Positions 54,337-64,000 of a DNA stretch of 64,000 nucleotides are shown here, in pieces. The first letter of the stretch is position 1, and every line of letters starts with the position of its first letter. Source of the DNA: Nostocoides sp. GTDB lineage: Bacteria > Actinomycetota > Actinomycetes > Actinomycetales > Dermatophilaceae. A program made the translations under genes and the position numbers. Location: NCBI GenBank assembly GCA_047974805.1, contig JBKECS010000066.1, positions 27,133-91,132 on the forward strand, in the 5' to 3' direction. Under the pieces are notes generated by a model. It saw only the letters and a program-made list of their open reading frames with translations, ran no database searches and was not told the DNA's origin.

Positions 54337-55793
54337 CCAAGCACACCCACCCGCGGGAGTCACCCGCCGCGCGGGGGGTGACTCGGCAGCGCCGACTCGG
54401 TCCCTTCTCCGCCGCTCACGCCGTGGTCACCGCCGTCATTCTCGCGCTGGTCACCATCGTTGCCTTCGAGGCGATGGCGCTCTCGGCGATCATGCCTGCG
54501 ATCGCGACCGACCTGGACGCCGGTGGTAGCTACGGCTTGGCCTTCTCGGCACTCTTGACCGCTCAGCTCGTCGGCATCGTGGTCGCTGGAGTCTGGACCG
54601 AACGCCACGGGCCCGTGCCGGGCATGATGGCAGGCCAGTTGCTCCTGGCCGGCGGGTCCGTGTTGTGCGCCCTCGCGCCGAACTTCGCCATCTTCCTCAC
54701 CGGCCGGGTCATCGCCGGTCTGGGTGGGGGCATTCTGTTGGTTTTGCTCTATGTCGTTGTCGGCCGTTCCTTCGACGAACACATTCGTCCCCGAGTGTTT
54801 ACCCTTATTTCTGCGGCCTGGATCGTGCCGGCTCTGGTCGGCGGCCCCGTCGCCGCATGGATCACCCAACACCTGGGCTGGCGCGCCGTGTTTTGGGTGC
54901 TCATCCCTCCGATTCTGTTGACGAGCGTGGTCATCACTGCTCAAGCCCGCAGCCGCCGGGGGGATCTGGCGCCACCGGCAACCAGTCCCCGCGATCATCG
55001 AGCCCATCAGCAAGCCCTGCGGGCGGGCGTCATCGTGGCCGTGTCCGCCGGCGTGATGCAATTCGGCTCCACCCACCTGTCCCCTCCAGGCAACGGAGCG
55101 ATCCTAGCGAGTGTGGCCGGCCTGGTCGGGGTCGCGATCTTCGCGCCGCGCCTAGTGCCGCCGGGCACGTGGCGCTGCGCCCACGGGCTACCGTCGGTGC
55201 TGGCCGGTAGGGCACTGGCGACGGCGTCCTTCTTCGGCGGGCTGACCTACGCTCCGTTGTTCCTCGTGCGCGAACGTCACCTGGGGCTGGCTCATGCCGG
55301 ACTGCTCGTCTCCGCCGGTTCGCTGGGATGGTCGCTGGGCTCCTTCATTCAGGGGTTGTCGGCATTCAACGGGCGTCGCGAGCGCCTCGTGGTCATCGGC
55401 GGGGTCTTGCTGTCCCTGTCCTTGGGCGCCCTGGCGTTGATCGCCGCCGTGGACCTGCCCACGTGGCTGTTCATCCCGGTGTTCGTCCTGGGCGGCACCG
55501 GGATGGGGCTGTGCGTAGCGAGTCAGTCGGTGTTGGCGCTCGAGCTCGTCGACACGCACGAGCACGGCTTGGTTTCCTCCGGTCTCATGCTCAGTGACGT
55601 CCTCGGTAGCGTCATCGGGATCGCCTTGGCGAGTGCCGTCTTCGCCGCCGGCCACGGGTCACAGCCCACCGGCGCGACCCGCTATGTGGTCATCTGGGCC
55701 GGGTGCGCGCTGGTCGCAGCAGGCATCATCGTCGCCGGCCTGCGCATCGGGAAGGACCCGGCAACCGGTAGACGGACCTCAGTCGGCGCCTAG
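54333..55793 (+). CDS. MFS transporter
   Basis: About 12-14 hydrophobic helices. The GTG overlaps the upstream stop (GTGA at 54333-54336). Confidence 0.8.
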   Translation: MTKHTHPRESPAARGVTRQRRLGPFSAAHAVVTAVILALVTIVAFEAMALSAIMPAIATDLDAGGSYGLAFSALLTAQLVGIVVAGVWTERHGPVPGMMAGQLLLAGGSVLCALAPNFAIFLTGRVIAGLGGGILLVLLYVVVGRSFDEHIRPRVFTLISAAWIVPALVGGPVAAWITQHLGWRAVFWVLIPPILLTSVVITAQARSRRGDLAPPATSPRDHRAHQQALRAGVIVAVSAGVMQFGSTHLSPPGNGAILASVAGLVGVAIFAPRLVPPGTWRCAHGLPSVLAGRALATASFFGGLTYAPLFLVRERHLGLAHAGLLVSAGSLGWSLGSFIQGLSAFNGRRERLVVIGGVLLSLSLGALALIAAVDLPTWLFIPVFVLGGTGMGLCVASQSVLALELVDTHEHGLVSSGLMLSDVLGSVIGIALASAVFAAGHGSQPTGATRYVVIWAGCALVAAGIIVAGLRIGKDPATGRRTSVGA

Positions 55794-55796
55794 AGG

Positions 55797-56456
55797 TCAG
55801 CGGGCCAACGCGTGACCCCCTGGCCCGCTGAGGCGCCACCACGGACCGGACCGGAAGAGGTCAGCGGGGGCACCGAACCCCAACGTATGCGCGGCGAACG
55901 CCAGCCCCGCGGGAAAGCCGGTCGTGGGTTCGTCCGCTGATGTGCCGGGTTCGGCGAATGCCGACCACGTCCGGCGGCGAAGGTCGTCCACGGCCAGGGA
56001 ACCCAGAGTCCCAGATGATCCGGCCTCGGCCACCACCGCGATACCGTCCCGGGCGACCTCCTCGATGCGCACCTTGGTCACCTCGCCAGCCAAGCTCCAG
56101 CCACTGCGCGGCGGGGCCACCGCGGTCCAGAGCAGATTGAGCCACACGGGAGGGACGGGCAGTACGCTGCCCCCCCGCCGTGTGCGGTCGGTGATCGCGG
56201 CCAGCGGCACGGTGACGTCCAGCGGCGCTTCGGCCGCCACGGCGAAGGTTCGCAGGCCCAGCACCACGCCTTGATGGGTCACCCCGGCAGACGGCACGAC
56301 GCACACATAGGCCGCGAGGACGTCCCCGACCACCTGCAGGCGCATGCCGCCGTCGGCGTCCAGGACCTTGGCCCTGGACGCAAAGGTCCCCAGGTCGGCC
56401 ACGGCCCGCGGGTCGAGCAGATCAAGAACGGGCATACGGCGATCGTCGGGAGTCAT
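55797..56456 (-). CDS. Conserved hypothetical protein
   Basis: Good coding signal. The ATG at 56456 overlaps the thioesterase stop (ATGA). No domain recognised. Confidence 0.55.
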   Translation of the reverse strand: MTPDDRRMPVLDLLDPRAVADLGTFASRAKVLDADGGMRLQVVGDVLAAYVCVVPSAGVTHQGVVLGLRTFAVAAEAPLDVTVPLAAITDRTRRGGSVLPVPPVWLNLLWTAVAPPRSGWSLAGEVTKVRIEEVARDGIAVVAEAGSSGTLGSLAVDDLRRRTWSAFAEPGTSADEPTTGFPAGLAFAAHTLGFGAPADLFRSGPWWRLSGPGGHALAR

Positions 56457-56908
56457 CGCCGACGCCACCGCATAGGGACCGCCTCGCCGAGATAACGGCC
56501 GAGTTGCTCCCGCTCGGTCGGGCTGAGCCGACGGGGCCGGGCATCCTCGAAGCTGTAGGCAGCCAGCGAGGTCTCGGCCCGGGCATACACGGTGTCGCCG
56601 GCATCGTCGGGATCACGCACGGCATAGGCGACCTCGAAGCCGGCCCCACCGACGCGAGTGACCCACATGTCCACCGCGATCGGGGTGTAGTGAAAGGTTA
56701 AGGGTGCCAGGTACTCGATCTCGTGCCGGGACACGATCACCCCGGTGTCGAGCAGCGTCCGGTCCTGCCCGAACCACTCCCGAAAGCCGATCACCCGAGC
56801 GTCCTCGAGCAAACGGAGGAACTGGACGTTGTTGACATGTCCATAGGCGTCCATGTCCGACCAGCGCAGCGGCACGAGGAAACGTGTGTTCGCGGGCGCA
56901 TCGCTCAT
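56453..56908 (-). CDS. Acyl-CoA thioesterase (hotdog fold, YbgC/4HBT-like)
   Basis: [30 protein letters not shown] at 56908 (the track start at 56920 is a TTG). Confidence 0.8.
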   Translation of the reverse strand: MSDAPANTRFLVPLRWSDMDAYGHVNNVQFLRLLEDARVIGFREWFGQDRTLLDTGVIVSRHEIEYLAPLTFHYTPIAVDMWVTRVGGAGFEVAYAVRDPDDAGDTVYARAETSLAAYSFEDARPRRLSPTEREQLGRYLGEAVPMRWRRR

Positions 56909-56981
56909 GGGGACAGTCAACCACCCGCCAGTTCCGGGTCACCTCGCGGCCGTGTCGGTGCCCTTATCTAGGGTGATCCGT

Positions 56982-59111
56982 ATGCCGACCGCCACGTCCC
57001 CCGCGTCAGACGGCCCTGCGCTGGCGGCGCTGCGGGGCCTGGTCGGGCGGGAGGACGCCACCTTCCGGGACGGTCAGTGGGAGGCGATCGCGGCCCTGCT
57101 GGACCACGAACGGGTCCTCGTCGTCCAGCGCACCGGGTGGGGCAAGTCGGCGGTGTATTTCGTCACGACCATGCTGCGCCGCGCCCAGGGAGCCGGGCCG
57201 ACCGTCATCGTCTCCCCGCTGCTGGCGCTCATGCGCGACCAAATCGAGGCGGCTGCCCGGGCCGGCATAGTCGCGGTGACGATGAACTCGGCCAACGCGG
57301 CCGAATGGGACGGGGTTCGTCAGCGGTTGGCGGCCGATGAGGTGGACCTTCTCTTGGTCAGCCCCGAGCGGTTGAACAACCCACGCTTCCGTCAGGAGCA
57401 GCTACCGGATTTGGCGGCCAGGTGCGGGCTGCTCGTGGTCGATGAGGCCCACTGTGTCAGCGATTGGGGCCATGACTTCCGGCCCGACTATCGGCGCATC
57501 AAGGATCTGCTGGGTCGACTCGGGGACGACACCCCGGTCCTGGCGACCACAGCCACCGCCAACGAGCGGGTCGTCGTTGACGTCGAAGAGCAGCTCAGCG
57601 TCGCGGGTGACGGGCCGCGGCCGGTGCGGACCCTCCGAGGTGGCCTGGCCCGTGACTCGCTCCGGCTTGGGGTTGCCCCGGTCATGGACGCAGAGCATCG
57701 GCTTGCCTGGCTGCTCACTCACCTGGATGCGCTGCCCGGATCGGGGATCATCTACACCCTGACCGTCTCCGCAGCGCACGACGTCGCTGCCGCCCTGGCC
57801 GATGCTGGGCACTCCGTCGCCGCCTACACCGGGCGCACCGATACCGAGCAGCGCGAACGCCTCGAGGAGGCCCTTCGGAGCAACGCGGTCAAGGCGCTGG
57901 TGGCAACCTCGGCGCTGGGAATGGGGTTCGACAAGCCGGATCTGGGCTTCGTTGTCCACCTCGGGGCGCCGTCGTCCCCGGTCGCCTACTACCAGCAGGT
58001 CGGACGCGCAGGGCGCGCCACCGACCGGGCCGACGTACTGCTCCTGCCCGGGGTGGAGGATCGGGAGATCTGGACCTATTTCGCCTCGGTGTCGATGCCA
58101 CGCCAAGACCAGGCCGATGCGGTCCTCACCGCGCTGACTCACGCCACCAAGCCCCTGTCGACGGCGGCGCTCGAGACCATCGTCGACGTACGCCGCACCC
58201 GGCTGGAATTGCTCCTCAAGGTGCTCGATGTGGACGGGGCCGTCACGCGCGTCGCCGGTGGCTGGGTGGGCACCGGACAGCCGTGGACCTATGACGAAGC
58301 GCGCTACCAGCGGGTGGCGGCGGCACGACACCAGGAACAGGCGCTCATGCTCGCCTACGAGCGAGGGGAGGTCTGCCGGATGATGTTCCTGCAACGCGCC
58401 CTTAACGACCACGCCGCCGCCCCCTGCGGACGATGCGACGTCTGCACCGGCCCCTGGATCGCGACACAGGTTCCTCCGCCGAGTCTGGAAGCCGCCCGAG
58501 GCCGGCTCGCTCGGGCCGGAGTCGACCTCGACCCCCGCGGGCAATGGCCGTCAGGAATGTCCCGGCTCGGGGTGCCGGTCAGCGGACGGATCGCCTCGCA
58601 GGAACGTCCCGAGATCGGGCGCGCGCTGGCCAGGATGACCGACCTCGGATGGGGTCAGCGGCTGCGCACGTTGTTCGCCGATGCCGCCCCCGCCACGGTG
58701 CTGGACGAGGAGTTCCTCCGAGCCTGTGTCTCGGTGCTCGCGGCCTGGGACTGGCGGCACCGACCGGTGGCCGTGAGCTACATCCCATCTCGCACCCGCC
58801 CGGCACTGGTGACTTCGCTGGCCGAGGGGCTGTCCCGGGCGGGACGACTGCCCCTCCTCAGCGGGTTGGAGTTCGCCCACGGCGGGCCGACAGGTCAACC
58901 CGGAGGCAACAGCGCCTTTCGGCTTGCTGGGGTGTGGGAACGGCTGGTTGCTGGCGAGGGTCTTCGCCAAGAGCTTCGGAACGTGGACGGCCCGGTCCTC
59001 CTCGTGGACGACCTGGCCTCCTCGCGATGGACGATGACCGTCGCAGCCCGCGAACTGCGCCTGGCAGGCGCTCCCGCGGTGCTGCCGTTCGTGCTGGCGC
59101 TGGACGGCTGA
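56982..59111 (+). CDS. RecQ-family DNA helicase with a C-terminal phosphoribosyltransferase/ComF-like domain
   Basis: Walker [13 protein letters not shown] box [19 protein letters not shown] and a Cys cluster CGRCDVC. The C-terminal ~120 aa ends in [30 protein letters not shown], which is PRTase-like. Confidence 0.85.
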   Translation: MPTATSPASDGPALAALRGLVGREDATFRDGQWEAIAALLDHERVLVVQRTGWGKSAVYFVTTMLRRAQGAGPTVIVSPLLALMRDQIEAAARAGIVAVTMNSANAAEWDGVRQRLAADEVDLLLVSPERLNNPRFRQEQLPDLAARCGLLVVDEAHCVSDWGHDFRPDYRRIKDLLGRLGDDTPVLATTATANERVVVDVEEQLSVAGDGPRPVRTLRGGLARDSLRLGVAPVMDAEHRLAWLLTHLDALPGSGIIYTLTVSAAHDVAAALADAGHSVAAYTGRTDTEQRERLEEALRSNAVKALVATSALGMGFDKPDLGFVVHLGAPSSPVAYYQQVGRAGRATDRADVLLLPGVEDREIWTYFASVSMPRQDQADAVLTALTHATKPLSTAALETIVDVRRTRLELLLKVLDVDGAVTRVAGGWVGTGQPWTYDEARYQRVAAARHQEQALMLAYERGEVCRMMFLQRALNDHAAAPCGRCDVCTGPWIATQVPPPSLEAARGRLARAGVDLDPRGQWPSGMSRLGVPVSGRIASQERPEIGRALARMTDLGWGQRLRTLFADAAPATVLDEEFLRACVSVLAAWDWRHRPVAVSYIPSRTRPALVTSLAEGLSRAGRLPLLSGLEFAHGGPTGQPGGNSAFRLAGVWERLVAGEGLRQELRNVDGPVLLVDDLASSRWTMTVAARELRLAGAPAVLPFVLALDG

Positions 59112-59196
59112 TTCAGGCCAAGCACAGGAGAGCCCTCACCGGCGGCGCACGGAACACCCGGGCGGACCAACAGGTGGACCGGCACACAAGTGGCCT

Positions 59197-60174
59197 ATGG
59201 TGACGCGAGTGAGCGAGCACCACACTCCCGTCCCTCCCGGCCTTGACGGCGCCGTCGGCCTCGACATCCTCCTCGGCCTGCTCGACCTGCGCGAAATCGG
59301 CACCTCTCGGGTGAACATCACGACAACCAACGAGGACCTCTCACCCATGGCGGGGTCCGAAGCGACCGTGTTCATCGGCCCGAGCCAACGCCAACCCCAT
59401 CACCGCGTATTCGGCGGCCAGGTGTTGGCCCAATCTCTCATGGCGGCCGGGCGCACGCTCGACTTGGCGTCGGACGATCCGCCACGGCCAGTGCACAGCC
59501 TGCATGCCTACTTCATGCGGCCTGGTGACGACACCGAACCGATCCGTTTTGCCGTCGAGCGCATGAGGGACGGCCGCTCGTTCAGCACCCGCCGGGTGCA
59601 TGCGATCCAGAAAGGGCAGCCCATCCTGTCCCTGTCGGCATCCTTCCAGGAGAGCGCCGACGGGGTGGATCATCAAGACCCCATGCCGACGGTTCCCGGA
59701 CCCGAGGGCCTGGCGAGCGCGATCGATCTCGTCGCCGAGGTTTCCCCAACGTTTGCCGAATCCATGCGGATCCGGCCGGTGGAGATCCGGCATGTGGAGC
59801 CCATGCGGGTCGAATCTGACGGCGCGGAAGGCCCGTCACGCCAGCACGTCTGGATGAAGGCCGTTGGAGAATTGCCCGACGACCCGTTGGTCCACGCCTG
59901 CGTCTTGGCCTACGCCTCTGACTTCACCCTGCTCGAACCGATCATGCGAACCCACGGCCTGGGCTACGGCGATCCCCGGCTGCGGATGGCCAGCCTCGAT
60001 CACGCCATGTGGTTCCACCGACCAGTGCGAATGGACCAGTGGGTGCTCTATGAACAGGCCTCCCCGTCGGCCCAGGGCGCGCGAGGCCTCAGTTTGGGCA
60101 AGATCTTCTCTCGCGACGGGGAGTTGGTCGCCACCGTCGCTCAAGAGGGCATGATCCGGATCAAGCGGAACTGA
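59197..60174 (+). CDS. tesB: Acyl-CoA thioesterase II
   Basis: Double hotdog fold. VFGGQVLAQSLMAAGRT...HSLHAYFMRPGD...SLDHAMWFHRP. Confidence 0.88.
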   Translation: MVTRVSEHHTPVPPGLDGAVGLDILLGLLDLREIGTSRVNITTTNEDLSPMAGSEATVFIGPSQRQPHHRVFGGQVLAQSLMAAGRTLDLASDDPPRPVHSLHAYFMRPGDDTEPIRFAVERMRDGRSFSTRRVHAIQKGQPILSLSASFQESADGVDHQDPMPTVPGPEGLASAIDLVAEVSPTFAESMRIRPVEIRHVEPMRVESDGAEGPSRQHVWMKAVGELPDDPLVHACVLAYASDFTLLEPIMRTHGLGYGDPRLRMASLDHAMWFHRPVRMDQWVLYEQASPSAQGARGLSLGKIFSRDGELVATVAQEGMIRIKRN

Positions 60175-62323
60175 CCGAGGCCGGCGAGCCGGGCTGTTCC
60201 ATCGGGCAGCGCAGCACGATGACGCTGCGCTGGGTGACCGGTAGCAGGGCTCCGGGCGGCAGCGGATCCCCGCCCGAGGGATCTTCCACCGTGCTCGCCG
60301 TGTCGATCTCGATGAACCATTGATCGCCATACTCCGACTGGGGCAACCGGAACTCCAGGTCGGCTCCACCGTTGATGAGGACGAGAAAGTGGTCGTCGAC
60401 GATCCGCTCGCCATAGACGCCGGGTTCGGGGATGTTCGACCCGTTGAGGAAGACCGTCATGGAGTCCAGACCTGAGTTCCAGGATTCCTCACTCATGTGT
60501 TCGGCATCGGGCTGGAACCATTCGATCTCTCCCAAAGCGGACTCCCCCCCGTGGTCTGCGGCACCGGCGAAGAACCGTCGGCGCCGCAGCACCGGGTGTG
60601 CCGCTCGAAGCGCCACGAGACGCTGGGTGAAGGTCAACAGGTGCTCGTGCTCCTCGTCCCGGTCCCAGTGGACCCAGGTGAGCTCGTTGTCCTGACAGTA
60701 GGCGTTGTTGTTTCCCTGCTGGCTGCGGGAGATCTCGTCGCCGTGGCAGAGCATGGGCACGCCTTGGGACAGCAACAAGGTCGTGAGCAGGTTGCGCTGC
60801 TGCCGCGCCCGCAGGGCGCGCACGTCCGGATCGTCGGTCGGCCCCTCGACCCCACAGTTCCACGACCGGTTGAAGCTCTCCCCGTCCCGGTTGTCCTCGC
60901 CGTTGGCCTCGTTGTGCTTCTCGTTGTAGCTCACCAGATCCGCCATGGTGAAGCCGTCATGGGCGGTGACGAAGTTGATCGAAGCGATGGGTTTGCGGCT
61001 GCTGTTTTCGTACAGGTCGCTGGAGCCGGTGATTCGGGAGGCGAACTCGCCGAGGGAATCGGGTTGGCCCCGCCAAAAGTCCCGGACAGTGTCGCGGAAC
61101 TTCCCGTTCCACTCTGTCCACAGCGGCGGGAAATTGCCCACCTGGTAGCCACCGTCGCCGACGTCCCATGGTTCGGCGATGAGCTTGACCTGACTGACGA
61201 TGGGATCCTGCTGGACCAGGTCGAAGAAGGCAGACAACCGATCGACCTCATGGAACTGGCGGGCCAACGTGGCGGCCAGGTCGAACCGGAAACCGTCGAC
61301 GTGCATCTCTATCACCCAGTAGCGCAGCGAGTCCATGATGAGCTGGAGCACATGCGGGTTGCGCATGAGCAGGCTGTTTCCGGTGCCGGTGGTGTCGTAG
61401 TAGTGACTGGGGTCGTCCTCGACCAGCCGGTAGTAGGCCTTGTTGTCCAGGCCGCGGAAGCACAGGGTGGGTCCGAGGTGGTTTCCCTCGGCCGTGTGGT
61501 TGTAGACGACGTCGAGGATGACTTCGATGTCGGCCGCGTGCAAGGCCTTGACCATGGCCTTGAATTCGTTCACCTGTTCACCGCGAGTGCCAAGCGCGGC
61601 GTACTCGTTGTGCGGGGCGAAGAAGCCGATGGTGTTGTACCCCCAATAGTTGCGCAGGCCACGATCGAGCAGCGTGAAGTCCTGGACGAATTGGTGCACC
61701 GGCATGAGTTCGACCGCCGTGACGCCGAGATCCTTCAGATGCGCGATGGTGGCTGGGTGGGCCAGGCCGGCATACGTTCCGCGGATCGACTCGGGAACCT
61801 CCGGATGCAACTTGGTCAGTCCCTTGACGTGTGCCTCGTAGATGACTGTGTCGTGGTATTCGTGTCCGGGAGCGCGGTCGTTACCCCAGTCGAAGAACGG
61901 GTTGATCACGACGGAGAGCAAGGTATGCCCGAGACTGTCCAACCCCGAGGTGATCCCGGTGCCGCCGACCTCGGGATCCTCGAAGGCATAGGAGAACAAG
62001 GACGGGTCCCCGGTCATCTGCGCGTCGATGGCTTTGGCATACGGGTCGAGGAGGAGTTTGGTCGGGTCGCAACGGTCCCCCTGGTCCGGCGCGAACGGTC
62101 CGTGGACCCGATAGCCGTAGCGTTGGCCCGGTTGGACGCCGGGCAGATAGCCGTGCCATACATGACCATCTACCTCGGGCAGGCGGGCACGATGTTCGGA
62201 GCCGTCCTCCTCGACGAGGCACAACTCGACGGTCTCGGCCACTTCGGAGAACACCGCGAAGTTCGTCCCCGTGCCGTCGAAGGTGGCACCCAGAGGGTAG
62301 GGACGTCCGGGCCAGACCTGCAT
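60161..62323 (-). CDS. glgX: Glycogen debranching enzyme
   Basis: MQVWPGRPYPLGATFDGTGTNFAVFS, HVDGFRFDLAATL and LIAEPWDVG. 720 aa. The 3' end overlaps tesB convergently by 14 nt. Confidence 0.95.
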   Translation of the reverse strand: MQVWPGRPYPLGATFDGTGTNFAVFSEVAETVELCLVEEDGSEHRARLPEVDGHVWHGYLPGVQPGQRYGYRVHGPFAPDQGDRCDPTKLLLDPYAKAIDAQMTGDPSLFSYAFEDPEVGGTGITSGLDSLGHTLLSVVINPFFDWGNDRAPGHEYHDTVIYEAHVKGLTKLHPEVPESIRGTYAGLAHPATIAHLKDLGVTAVELMPVHQFVQDFTLLDRGLRNYWGYNTIGFFAPHNEYAALGTRGEQVNEFKAMVKALHAADIEVILDVVYNHTAEGNHLGPTLCFRGLDNKAYYRLVEDDPSHYYDTTGTGNSLLMRNPHVLQLIMDSLRYWVIEMHVDGFRFDLAATLARQFHEVDRLSAFFDLVQQDPIVSQVKLIAEPWDVGDGGYQVGNFPPLWTEWNGKFRDTVRDFWRGQPDSLGEFASRITGSSDLYENSSRKPIASINFVTAHDGFTMADLVSYNEKHNEANGEDNRDGESFNRSWNCGVEGPTDDPDVRALRARQQRNLLTTLLLSQGVPMLCHGDEISRSQQGNNNAYCQDNELTWVHWDRDEEHEHLLTFTQRLVALRAAHPVLRRRRFFAGAADHGGESALGEIEWFQPDAEHMSEESWNSGLDSMTVFLNGSNIPEPGVYGERIVDDHFLVLINGGADLEFRLPQSEYGDQWFIEIDTASTVEDPSGGDPLPPGALLPVTQRSVIVLRCPMEQPGSPASVSSA

Positions 62324-62480
62324 CGTGTCTCACAATCGTCATCGGCTGCCACAAGCATCCGCCCTGGTGGCGACCCGTGTGGGGCGAGTCATACCGCCCA
62401 CACCAGTGGGGGCGCTAAGCCCCGCCTAGAGTGGCGAGGAACATCTCAATCTACTGAACGACGTCGAAGGGTTTCACATC

Positions 62481-63236
62481 ATGGGCACTCAACGGGCGGC
62501 AGTGGTTACCGGTGCGGCGCGAGGAATCGGCGCAGCAACCGCCAAGCGGTTGGCCAACGACGGGTATGCCGTCGCGGTACTCGACCTTGACGAGACCGCC
62601 TGCGCCGAGACGGTCTCGGCGATCGAGCAGGCCGGTGGGCGAGCCCTCGCAGTCGGGGCCGACGTCAGTGACGAGACGCAGGTTCAGACCGCAGCCGCCA
62701 AGATCGCCGCCGATCTGGGCGCACCGGTCGTCCTGGTCAACAACGCCGGCATCCTGCGCGACAACCTCATCTTCAAGATGACCGCGGCGGATTGGGATGC
62801 GGTGTTGAACGTGCACCTGCGGGGGGCGTTCCTGATGACCCGGGAGTGCCAGACCTACATGACGCAGGAGAAGTTCGGCCGGATCGTCAACCTGTCCTCG
62901 TCCTCGGCACAGGGCAACCGTGGCCAGGCGAACTACTCCGCCGCGAAGGCGGGCATGCAGGGCTTCACCAAGACGCTCGCCATCGAGTTGGGCAAGTTCG
63001 GGGTGACTGCCAATGCGGTGGCTCCCGGGTTCATCCAGACGGAGATGACCGCAGCGACCGCGGAACGGATCGGGATGTCGTTCGAGGACTTCATCGAAGC
63101 ATCGGCTAAGGCCATCCCCGTGGGCCGGGTCGGGCAGCCCGAAGACATCGCCGCCACGATCTCCTTCTTGGCCTCCCCCGAGGCCGGGTTCGTCTCCGGG
63201 CAAGTCATCTACGTCGCCGGCGGGCCGCTTGACTGA
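62481..63236 (+). CDS. fabG: 3-oxoacyl-ACP reductase (classical SDR)
   Basis: TGAARGIGAA, NNAG and YSAAK motifs. 251 aa. Confidence 0.88.
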   Translation: MGTQRAAVVTGAARGIGAATAKRLANDGYAVAVLDLDETACAETVSAIEQAGGRALAVGADVSDETQVQTAAAKIAADLGAPVVLVNNAGILRDNLIFKMTAADWDAVLNVHLRGAFLMTRECQTYMTQEKFGRIVNLSSSSAQGNRGQANYSAAKAGMQGFTKTLAIELGKFGVTANAVAPGFIQTEMTAATAERIGMSFEDFIEASAKAIPVGRVGQPEDIAATISFLASPEAGFVSGQVIYVAGGPLD

Positions 63237-63774
63237 CCCGGTCCCCAAGGACCCGCACGAGGCGCCGCCTCCGGTCGGCGACCCCCCAGTCTCACCGACC
63301 ACTCGATGCGTCGTGGGATCTCGGCGCCTGGTGCTTGCCGCCAATGGTGCGCGCTATCGGTACATCACCCGGCGGCCGACATTTTGGATCGTGCTCGCCG
63401 CCGTCATCGCCGTCATCCTCCTCGGGGGCACCCTCGCAGGGTTCAGGCCGGCGGTCACTCTCGGACTCCTGCTCTGCGCCGGCGTCTTCTATGTGTGGGC
63501 GTCGTGGCGGCAGGGCGTGCGGGCCTTTCTCAAGGTCTATCCGACCGGCGACAAGATCTGCGCCGATATCAGCGTCGACGGTTTGACTCTGACCACGCCT
63601 GGCGGGACCTATCGCGCGCCGTGGCAGAGGTATGCCGCTGCCGACGTGGTCAACGGCCACCTCGTCCTGCCGCTTGCCGACAGCGCGGCCACGCTGGTCA
63701 TCCCGCCGGAGCTGATGCACGCCGGAGCATACGACGTCGCCTGCGAAGGGATCCGCGCGGTACGAGGCGGGTAG
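63229..63774 (+). CDS. YcxB-like membrane protein (hypothetical)
   Basis: Two adjacent hydrophobic helices (FWIVLAAVIAVILLGG, LGLLLCAGVFYVW) followed by a small C-terminal domain. Start uncertain (TTG at 63229 or GTG at 63313). Confidence 0.5.
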   Translation: MTDPVPKDPHEAPPPVGDPPVSPTTRCVVGSRRLVLAANGARYRYITRRPTFWIVLAAVIAVILLGGTLAGFRPAVTLGLLLCAGVFYVWASWRQGVRAFLKVYPTGDKICADISVDGLTLTTPGGTYRAPWQRYAAADVVNGHLVLPLADSAATLVIPPELMHAGAYDVACEGIRAVRGG

Positions 63775-63793
63775 CGACGTTCCGCGGGAGGGG

Positions 63794-64000
63794 TTAGAGG
63801 CCTAGGTCGCGACCGATGAGCTCTTTCATGATTTCGTTCGATCCGGCCCAGATCTTGGTCACGCGGGCGTCCCTCCAGGCCCGTGCCACCCGGTATTCGT
63901 TCATGAACCCGTAGCCGCCGTGGAGTTGGACGCACTCATCCAAAACCTCGGATTGGACCTGGGAGCTCCACCATTTGGCTTTGGCAGCATCCACCGGGGT
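63794..64000 (-). CDS. Acyl-CoA dehydrogenase, C-terminal part (truncated by the window edge)
   Basis: QLHGGYGFMNEYRVARAWRDARVTKIWAGSNEIMKELIGRDLGL is a typical ACAD C-terminus. Confidence 0.85.
   Translation of the reverse strand, partial: TPVDAAKAKWWSSQVQSEVLDECVQLHGGYGFMNEYRVARAWRDARVTKIWAGSNEIMKELIGRDLGL

Overview
High-GC (about 65-72% by hand counts) actinobacterial chromosomal segment. It is mostly conserved housekeeping genes: azlCD, dapB, pnp-rpsO, lpdA, ndk-DUF4233-folC, ileS with a T-box leader, valS, clpX, clpP1P2, tig, tRNA-Pro and tRNA-Gly, trmB, rpiB, pepN, recQ-like, tesB, glgX and fabG. I found no rRNA, CRISPR array, transposase or integrase.

Three accessory modules stand out:
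1. 29.4-33.5 kb: a GC-depleted minus-strand island. It encodes a small Sec-type secreted peptide whose reading frame is broken at a G7 tract, a 60-aa membrane protein, a 191-aa orphan protein, an ABC ATPase and two unusual multi-pass membrane proteins. This is my best candidate for an undescribed peptide export, immunity or signalling system.
2. 22.6-24.9 kb: a MauE-like membrane domain fused to a thioredoxin-like domain with a His-rich tail, directly downstream of a twin-arginine-signal secreted protein with 22 cysteines. A smaller relative of that protein lies at 19.6-20.1 kb.
3. 6.4-16.5 kb: an amiC / MarR / fmdB-like / amiS / formamidase locus joined to an NAD-type formate dehydrogenase set (fdsGBAD, no fdsC) and a TSUP transporter.

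Smaller observations: a lipoprotein gene split over three frames, tandem 17-nt and 27-nt repeats, several strong hairpins, a RecQ-phosphoribosyltransferase fusion and a ClgR-like box upstream of clpP1.

All start codons and motif calls were made by eye from the ORF track and the sequence. No database search was run.
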